Positions 57,222 to 64,000 of a DNA stretch of 64,000 nt are shown here, in pieces. Below the pieces are notes generated by a model, which had not been told where the DNA came from, did no database searches, and saw only the letters and a program-made list of their open reading frames with translations. Every line of letters begins with the position of its first letter. Position 1 is the stretch's first letter. The DNA is taken from positions 36,345 through 100,344 of the forward strand of contig JAZJZC010000001.1 of the NCBI GenBank assembly GCA_040390045.1, in the 5' to 3' direction. Origin of the DNA: Patescibacteria group bacterium. Its GTDB lineage: Bacteria > Patescibacteriota > Minisyncoccia > Phycocordibacterales > SIBU01. The position numbers and the translations under genes were made by a program.

Positions 57222-57650
57222 TTACAAAAGCTTTTTCTTATAAATTGCAAAGAAATTTGGAAGTTGTGAGTGAACATTCTCAGGAATATTTTTAAATGTA
57301 AACCAATTCAGATCATCAAACTTGTGTGGCTCGCCAATTTTGACTTTTTCCCGATCAACTAAAACCTTAAAATCAAGCGCGATCCAATGTGTCTTTTTAC
57401 CGTCGTGCACTCGGTGAACATCTCTGAACCCGAGAAATTCCGAACGCAAAACATCAGTGCAATATTCTTCTGCAATCTCTTTTTTTAGAGCATGTTCAAC
57501 GGTTTCCCCAAATTCAAGTGCGCCGCCTCCAATATCCCATACGCCTTTTTCATCTCGCGCGTTTTGATTTCGTTTAGCCATCACAAATTCACCCTTGCCA
57601 TCGTGACAAAAGTAGACAACGCTAACGCCGGTGAAGTCGAGGCCTTTCAT
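57222..57650 (-). CDS. NUDIX hydrolase
   Basis: GGALEFGETVEHALKKEIAEE; EPHKF. Confidence 0.9.
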   Translation of the reverse strand: MKGLDFTGVSVVYFCHDGKGEFVMAKRNQNARDEKGVWDIGGGALEFGETVEHALKKEIAEEYCTDVLRSEFLGFRDVHRVHDGKKTHWIALDFKVLVDREKVKIGEPHKFDDLNWFTFKNIPENVHSQLPNFFAIYKKKLL

Positions 57651-57714
57651 AAGAAAAGGATACAGGGAAATTAGGAAAAGTGGAAGTTAGGTAAAAATTT
57701 ACCCGCGATTCAAG

Positions 57715-57910
57715 ATACGGGAAGGAATTTCTCCCTCGACTCAACAACATGCAAGGAAGGAGTTTCTCCCCTTACAGGGGCAGTACAGGTTTCCCATTTT
57801 CTCACGATAAGAATCGCTCGAAAATATGGGAGAACCTTTTCGAATCCTTCACGTCCGCCGTTTAGGCGGACTCCTGCGTAGCAAAAAATTCCCTTTCGGG
57901 AATTATTTTG
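57715..57910 (-). ncRNA. Structured tRNA 3' trailer element (candidate ncRNA motif)
   Basis: Antisense T-arm GAAGGATTCGAA (57839-57850); GTACTG-CCCC-TGTAA-GGGG (57768-57786). Confidence 0.65.
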
Positions 57911-57994
57911 TGCGCAGGGAAGGATTCGAACCTTCGTAGCCCATAGGGCGACAGATTTACAGTCTGTTGCGATTGACCGCTCCGCCACCTGCGC
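57911..57994 (-). tRNA. tRNA-Tyr(GTA)
   Basis: ACAGA-CT-GTA-AA-TCTGT, variable arm, GGTTCGAATCC. Confidence 0.95.
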
Positions 57995-58095
57995 ATATCC
58001 ACAAAATTCTTACTCGGGCATTGTAGCAAATTTTACCTAAACGGCAATCAGGCCGGCGCGCTGTGCGCGCCGGCCTGATTTTCTTCGTTTTTCTT

Positions 58096-60786
58096 TTACT
58101 TCACCACCTCCTCAACTTCATCCTTAACAAGATCAATCTTTACCGGCTTTGTGGACTTTGGCTTCTCAACATCAAACGTAAACACGCCATCTTTGATATC
58201 AACTTTCACCACAGAGCCGTCCCCTACCGTTCGGGCGATAATCTGCGACGCCACAGGGGTTAGAATTTTATTTTGAATGATTCTCTTTAATGGTCGCGCA
58301 CCGTACTGCGGGTTGTATCCCTCTTTCGCCAAGTGCTCGAGCACTGCAGGCGTGACCTCAAGTCCAATATTTTTAGCAGCCAGTCGCTCACGGACATGTC
58401 CCACCTGAATTTCCACAATCTTGTTGATCGCTTCCTGACTCAAAATATCAAAGACGATAATATCGTCGAGTCGGTTGAGAAATTCCGGTCGGAAATAATC
58501 TTTGAGGCTTGCCATGACTTTTGACTTGGCGCTTTCATAGTCAGCTTTTTTATTTTCGCCTGAAGCAAAACCAATTCGCTCCATTTTGTCGATGTACTGA
58601 GCGCCGATGTTCGACGTCAAAATAATAATGGTATTGCGGAAGTTCACCGAACGTCCCTTTGCATCCGTCAGCTTACCGTTGTCGAAAATTTGCAGAAGAA
58701 TGTTAAACACTTCCGGATGAGCTTTTTCAATTTCGTCGAACAGAATCACCGCATACGGCCGATGTCGTACAAGCTCCGTCAAATTTCCACCTTCTTCATG
58801 TCCGACATAACCCGGTGGCGCGCCAATAAGTTTACTGACCGAATGTCTCTCCATAAATTCCGACATGTCAATTCGAATGAGCGCCTTGTCATCATTGAAC
58901 ATAAATTCAGCCAAGGCCTTAGTGAGCTCGGTTTTTCCAACGCCCGTAGGACCCAAGAAAATAAATGAGCCAATTGGTCTGTTGGGGTCCGCCACACCAG
59001 CACGCGAACGTTTGATGGTATCTGAGATTTTCGCCACCGCTTCATCCTGTCCGACAATTCTTTTTTTAACTTCCTCTTCCATTCGAGAAAGTTTTGAAGC
59101 TTCCTCTTCGAGCATGCGCATAACAGGAATCCCCGTCCACTTGGCCACAATTTCGGCAATATCCGACTCCATAATTTCCTCCTTGAGAATTCTTCGCGAT
59201 GTCTGCAACTTCTTCAATCTTTTTATTTTGATATCCAAATCTTTTTGCAGTTCTGGAATTTTTCCATAGCGAATTTCCGCTGCCTTCGACAGGTCAGCTC
59301 GCGCCTCAGCACCCTCAGCCTCGAGACGCATTGACTCCAAACTTTTCTTAATTACTTTAATTTGCTGTAACGTTTCCTTCTCATTCTTCCACTTCAATTC
59401 AATTTCTGAAGTTTTTTCTTTCAAATCAGCAATTTCTTTTTCAATTTTCTTGGTTCGAGTTTTCGCTTTCTTTGAAGTTAGCGCCTCTTTCTTTAGCGCC
59501 TCTCGTTCAATTTCGAGTCGCATCACTTTTCGATGCGTCTCCTCGAGAACCGGCGGCATGTTTTCCAATGAAATTTTCAACGATGAAGCAGACTCATCAA
59601 TCAAGTCCACAGCTTTGTCAGGTAAATATCGATCAGTAATATAGCGCGCCGATAATGTAACCGCCGCCACAATAGCGTCGTCAGTAATGTGCACACCGTG
59701 ATACAACTCATACTTTTCTTTGAGACCTCGCAAGATAGCAATAGCATCTTCGAGCGATGGTTCGGACACATACACCGGCTGGAAGCGTCTCGTGAGTGCT
59801 GGATCTTTTTCAATATGTTTTTGGTACTCCTTCAAAGTTGTCGCTCCGATCGCGCGAAGTTCCCCGCGAGCCAAGGCAGGTTTTAACATGTTTGACGCGT
59901 CCATCGAACCTTCCGCTGCTCCCGCTCCGACAATTGTGTGAATCTCATCAATGAAAAGAATAATCTTGCCGTCAGACTTTTCAATCTCCTTCATAATATT
60001 TTTCAATCGCTCTTCAAACTCTCCGCGATATTTTGTTCCGGCGATCAATAGTCCAAGGTCAAGAGAAACCAACTCTTTATCTTTCAAAGACTCTGGAACA
60101 TCTCCCGATGCCATCCGCAGAGCTAGACCTTCCGCAATCGCAGTTTTTCCTACGCCGGCTTCACCGATCAAGATCGGATTATTTTTGGTGCGCCTCGAAA
60201 GAATTTGAATAATTCTCGAGGTTTCATTATCTCTACCAATGACTGGATCAAGTTTATTTTCTCGCGCGAGCCCAGTCAGGTTTCTGGTATATTTTAGAAT
60301 TGATTTCAAACGTTTTGGCGCAACAGTGTCAGCCGGTCGAGTATTTTTTAAATCTTCAAACACGCGAATGACATCCGCTTTATCAATCCTAAAACGTGAC
60401 AACAATTCTCGTGCCGCGCCGGGAATATCGAGCATGGCGATAAAAAGATGTTCGGTAGAAACAAATTCATCTTTAAGAGACGCCGCCACCTTCTGAGAAT
60501 TTTCCAAAGTCTGCGCCAACTCGGGGGTCAAATAAATTTGGTACGACGGTGAAAGTGTAGCCGAAGCTTCAGCACCCTCAATCGCTTCCAAAATTGAATC
60601 GGTCATGAGCACCGTATCAACTTCCAATTTTTCCAAAATGGAATTGACCATGCTTTCTTCTTGCAAAATCAGCGCCGCTAAAAGATGCACAGGGTTGACG
60701 TGATTTTGTCCGCGTTCAATAGCAAGCTCATGCGCTCGCCTGATGGCTTCTTTGGCTTTAGTTGTGAAATGGTTAAATGGGGGCAT
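58096..60786 (-). CDS. clpB: ATP-dependent chaperone ClpB
   Basis: Clp N-domain, two AAA modules ([16 protein letters not shown]), long coiled-coil M domain. Confidence 0.93.
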   Translation of the reverse strand: MPPFNHFTTKAKEAIRRAHELAIERGQNHVNPVHLLAALILQEESMVNSILEKLEVDTVLMTDSILEAIEGAEASATLSPSYQIYLTPELAQTLENSQKVAASLKDEFVSTEHLFIAMLDIPGAARELLSRFRIDKADVIRVFEDLKNTRPADTVAPKRLKSILKYTRNLTGLARENKLDPVIGRDNETSRIIQILSRRTKNNPILIGEAGVGKTAIAEGLALRMASGDVPESLKDKELVSLDLGLLIAGTKYRGEFEERLKNIMKEIEKSDGKIILFIDEIHTIVGAGAAEGSMDASNMLKPALARGELRAIGATTLKEYQKHIEKDPALTRRFQPVYVSEPSLEDAIAILRGLKEKYELYHGVHITDDAIVAAVTLSARYITDRYLPDKAVDLIDESASSLKISLENMPPVLEETHRKVMRLEIEREALKKEALTSKKAKTRTKKIEKEIADLKEKTSEIELKWKNEKETLQQIKVIKKSLESMRLEAEGAEARADLSKAAEIRYGKIPELQKDLDIKIKRLKKLQTSRRILKEEIMESDIAEIVAKWTGIPVMRMLEEEASKLSRMEEEVKKRIVGQDEAVAKISDTIKRSRAGVADPNRPIGSFIFLGPTGVGKTELTKALAEFMFNDDKALIRIDMSEFMERHSVSKLIGAPPGYVGHEEGGNLTELVRHRPYAVILFDEIEKAHPEVFNILLQIFDNGKLTDAKGRSVNFRNTIIILTSNIGAQYIDKMERIGFASGENKKADYESAKSKVMASLKDYFRPEFLNRLDDIIVFDILSQEAINKIVEIQVGHVRERLAAKNIGLEVTPAVLEHLAKEGYNPQYGARPLKRIIQNKILTPVASQIIARTVGDGSVVKVDIKDGVFTFDVEKPKSTKPVKIDLVKDEVEEVVK

Positions 60787-61146
60787 AAATAAGTTATAAA
60801 GTTAAAAGTTTTAAAGTTAGAAAGTAAAAATCGGAGAAGAAAACCAGCGATTGTGACATCTAGAACACTTCATATTGTAAAGAGATTATACTATAAATTT
60901 AAATGTCACTCAACTTAGGAAAATATGGCTCAAAACCTCGTATTTCTTAAAATTGCACCGTTTTGCAGGCATACGTCAAGATAAAACTTGACGTGACCAT
61001 AAAATCATGCTATTCTTCTGTTCAGAAAAAAGGTACCTACTGGCGATTGCCAAATAGGAATTTCTACCTTTGATATTTGAACCTCGACATTACAGAGGCA
61101 CAAATCCACTGCACCGGAGCCTTGCTCCACTTCCGTACCTCCTAAC

Positions 61147-62322
61147 ATGAACACTGCAAATCTGTCTGAGCTCGAAACCGCACTGCAACCGAAGCCTGTT
61201 ACTGAAACGCTTCGGGTAAAGACCAACCAGGAACTCCGCGCCCTAAAGGCCAGCGGAGTTCGTCACCCGGGACTCGCTGACGAATGCGTCACCGACACCG
61301 TCGCCGACCTCTTCGAGGCCGCCGAGGCAGATCACGCCGCTGAGCCGGAAGAAATCCGTAGCTGGACCACGAGCCGTACTCAGATTGAGTACCGGCATCC
61401 GCTGTTCGGCAAACTCCTCATCGGCGTCAAGAATTGCTCATTGGGCGAACCACAACACGAAGGGCCCGACTCTTGGGCTCGCGTCTACAGTCCTACTCCC
61501 CGGCCCAATTGGTTGGAGATCGAGATGTCGGTCACAACCATTCATCGCGATATTAAGGTGATTGAATTCGCCGCCGATCCCGATTCTCACTCGGACGATC
61601 AATTCGCGAATGAGGTGATATGCAAGATTGCGCCGTTCCCCGTGAAGGTTCAGTGGCAAAAGAACCGCGAGAACGGAGACTGGGTGCCCTTCACCCGCGT
61701 GAAGCATCGCGACAACCTCGACCTCATCATACTGAATCCCGAAAGCGGGCAGTTCATCCAACTCGAGATCTCCATCACCACGCGCAACGGCTTTTGCTGG
61801 TTACTGGTGGAGGAACAGTACTCCGGGCAGTGGGTGCGCACCACAAAAACCCGCGCCGAAACGCTCGGCGTAAAAAACATCGCCCATGGGCAATACCCCT
61901 TGCTGGTGATGCCACTGTACGCCGCGAATGCGTACCCGACTGCGGATTACGTGAGGACGTTTCCGGAGCTGGCTGAGCAGATGTCGCAGTTCGTGATTCG
62001 TTGGGGCGCGCTGGTCCCCTTCGGCAAATGCGTCAAGGCCACGTGGGCCCCCGAAACGCGCGAGCTCACCGAGGAGATGGTCGCCAAAAGTTGGAAGAAG
62101 GCAACGCCGCTCTTTTTCAACGGCGTCATCGGCCACGGCCCAGCACTTTGTGAGGATGGAAAAATCTGTTTTTTGCACTTTTCCAAAATCATGGGTGCCG
62201 ACGGCAGTCCGGTCGGGTGCCGGGGTCAGTTCCCCATCATCCCGCCGATGCGCGAGGTCGCCGTCAAGTGGATGGACCAACCGGACGGCAAGCGGGCGGC
62301 CACAGCCATCCGCGTCATCTAG
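61147..62322 (+). CDS. GC-rich hypothetical protein with C-terminal cold-shock-like OB fold
   Basis: FFNGVIGHG...DGKICFLHFSKI...AATAIRVI; own promoter (TTGACG..TATTCT) and terminator near 62355-62390. Confidence 0.7.
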   Translation: MNTANLSELETALQPKPVTETLRVKTNQELRALKASGVRHPGLADECVTDTVADLFEAAEADHAAEPEEIRSWTTSRTQIEYRHPLFGKLLIGVKNCSLGEPQHEGPDSWARVYSPTPRPNWLEIEMSVTTIHRDIKVIEFAADPDSHSDDQFANEVICKIAPFPVKVQWQKNRENGDWVPFTRVKHRDNLDLIILNPESGQFIQLEISITTRNGFCWLLVEEQYSGQWVRTTKTRAETLGVKNIAHGQYPLLVMPLYAANAYPTADYVRTFPELAEQMSQFVIRWGALVPFGKCVKATWAPETRELTEEMVAKSWKKATPLFFNGVIGHGPALCEDGKICFLHFSKIMGADGSPVGCRGQFPIIPPMREVAVKWMDQPDGKRAATAIRVI

Positions 62323-62394
62323 TCGAAAGTTTCGGCAAGATGTAAATCAAAACTGAGCGAGTACCCCGGTACTCGCTCTTTTCTTTTGTAAAAC

Positions 62395-64000
62395 TTATAC
62401 TCGCTCACCTTTTGATTCTGGTTTTGGCCAAGGAGAAATCGCGAGTGGTGAGGTCGGATTATATAAACTCATATACAATTCTTCAGTCATGAACGGCATG
62501 AACGGATGCAAGATGACGAGATACTCGGCATAAACATGCTGTAATACTGATAGAGAAACTTCAACTTCAGCTTTCTCTTGAATGCCCTGTGCGTATCTTT
62601 CCAAATCTGAAAAAAAGCTACGAATCTTTTCTTGAGCTAAGGCAAAAGAAAATGCGTCAATATGTAAGGCGACGACAGAAGCAAGCCTTTCGACGGCCAA
62701 CAAAATATTTTTATCTTCAGCTGATAACTCCAGCTGTTCAGAAAATTTTAATGAATATTGTCTCGCTAAAGAAACAATCGAACCAACGTTCCACAATCTT
62801 TGAGAAAATTCCTGAAAAGAAACCAGCTGCTCTTCGGAAAAAATAAAATCTTCCTGCATTGTGGTGTAGGACACGAGCGCCATCCTCGTCACATCCGCTC
62901 CAAATTTTTCTAAATAATATTCAAGAGAAACGGCATTGCCAAGACTTTTGCTCATTTTTTGTCCGTCCAAACCTTTCAAAAGCCGGTGAAGATAGACTGT
63001 TTTAAAAGGCAATTTTCCACTTATGTATCGACTCAACAATAATTTTCTCGAAACTGACAATCGAAGCAAGTCGTGACCGATCACAATTGAATAGCTTGGG
63101 TAAAAATAAGAAAAATCGTCTGAGTCCAAATCTCCGAAAACAATTTCACTCCATTGTCCCGAGGAAAACCACGTATCAAACGTGTCAGTTTCAGGTAAAT
63201 ACAATTTCCCGTTCTCCTTTTCTAAAACCCAACTTGATCCTTCCGAAGCATAAATTCTTTCTAATCCTTGTGAAATTTCTTCGAGAGACACCCCCTGATC
63301 TAAAAATTGTTTTAAGTTTCCGTACTGTTTTTCGCCTGTGTCCGTATTAAACCAAACCGTAAATTTTGACGGATCAGAAACATCGTACCAAATAGGAATT
63401 TTAATCCCCCAAACATTCTGGCGCGCGATAGGCCAATCGTGCATTTTCCCCATCCACTCGATTAAGCCTTTCTCTCTCCATCTTGGAAGCACAACGAGAC
63501 CTTCCTTTTTAATAGCTTCAGTGGCAGGTTTTCTGAGCGGAGTTTTTTGATCATCCAACTTTAAAAACCATGTGAGCATAATCATGGTCTCAACAACGTG
63601 GCCACGTTTACATAGAAAAGTAGAATCCGTATAAGAATCATCAACTTTTTCAATCAAACCTCGTTCATTCAAAAAAAGTACTTCTCTATCTCGAGCCTCA
63701 AGTGGTTTCAAGCCAGGATACCGCTCGATCATATTTCCGTCCCAATCTAATAAATTTTGTGACGGAATAGAGTTACGCAAAGTATATTCGTAATCATATT
63801 TTTTATATGACGGAGAAAAAGGTGAAAGAAACTGATCGAGTTGTTCGGGATCAAACTTCCTCTTACTTGCTACAACACTGACCAACGCACCTGTGATCGG
63901 ATTTTTTAAAATTTTTCCAATATGACTTGCGTACCGTTTGTCTTCGGGATGAATCAAAACATGGGTGACTGCAAAAAGAAACTCTGGACGTGTCGTTGCT
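62395..64000 (-). CDS. valS: Valyl-tRNA synthetase-like protein, 5'-partial, divergent
   Basis: DWPIARQNVWGIKIP, DTFDTWFSSG, GQKMSKSLGN, LHPFMPFMTEEL. Confidence 0.75.
   Translation of the reverse strand, partial: ATTRPEFLFAVTHVLIHPEDKRYASHIGKILKNPITGALVSVVASKRKFDPEQLDQFLSPFSPSYKKYDYEYTLRNSIPSQNLLDWDGNMIERYPGLKPLEARDREVLFLNERGLIEKVDDSYTDSTFLCKRGHVVETMIMLTWFLKLDDQKTPLRKPATEAIKKEGLVVLPRWREKGLIEWMGKMHDWPIARQNVWGIKIPIWYDVSDPSKFTVWFNTDTGEKQYGNLKQFLDQGVSLEEISQGLERIYASEGSSWVLEKENGKLYLPETDTFDTWFSSGQWSEIVFGDLDSDDFSYFYPSYSIVIGHDLLRLSVSRKLLLSRYISGKLPFKTVYLHRLLKGLDGQKMSKSLGNAVSLEYYLEKFGADVTRMALVSYTTMQEDFIFSEEQLVSFQEFSQRLWNVGSIVSLARQYSLKFSEQLELSAEDKNILLAVERLASVVALHIDAFSFALAQEKIRSFFSDLERYAQGIQEKAEVEVSLSVLQHVYAEYLVILHPFMPFMTEELYMSLYNPTSPLAISPWPKPESKGERV

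Noticed and set aside
1652-63550. Numerous short overlapping or antisense ORFs in the track (e.g. 1652, 2355, 16438, 19033, 39542, 57710)
   Set aside because: Shadows of real genes or read-through of repeats and tRNAs, with no protein-like motifs
1-64000. Prophage, IS, integron, or alternative genetic code
   Set aside because: No integrase, transposase, phage structural genes or attC sites; conserved genes are intact under code 11 with TGA stops

Overview
64 kb of a small-genome bacterium, most likely Patescibacteria/CPR (Parcubacteria-like). This is inferred from the gene set, short 5' UTRs, CPR-type hypotheticals and standard code with TGA as stop. The backbone is housekeeping: lysS, greA, leuS, ychF, uvrCAB, tgt, gdhA, DAHP synthase, serS, dprA, topA, rel, parB, miaA, rpmG, murD2-murL, alr, clpB, partial valS-like, and 5 tRNAs. 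It is interspersed with about 15 stand-alone ORFans and many palindromic intergenic elements. No CRISPR, integrase, transposase or phage genes were seen. Most notable: (1) tRNA-Leu and tRNA-Tyr carry homologous structured 3' trailers, each with antisense and direct copies of its own tRNA's T-arm around a covarying GTACTG-NNCC-TGTAA-GGNN motif; a similar sense/antisense/sense trailer follows ychF. (2) Three leaderless leader-peptide attenuators: an FFFFGFW leader before DAHP synthase, and two homologous 25-aa 'LRGL' leaders with identical promoter geometry before unrelated ORFans. (3) aaRS domain fusions (LysRS-DUF2000-like, LeuRS with a Ham1-like insert). (4) A dispersed ~155-bp palindromic element family, and period-7 repeats inside coding sequences. 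All family calls are by eye from motifs; no searches were run.
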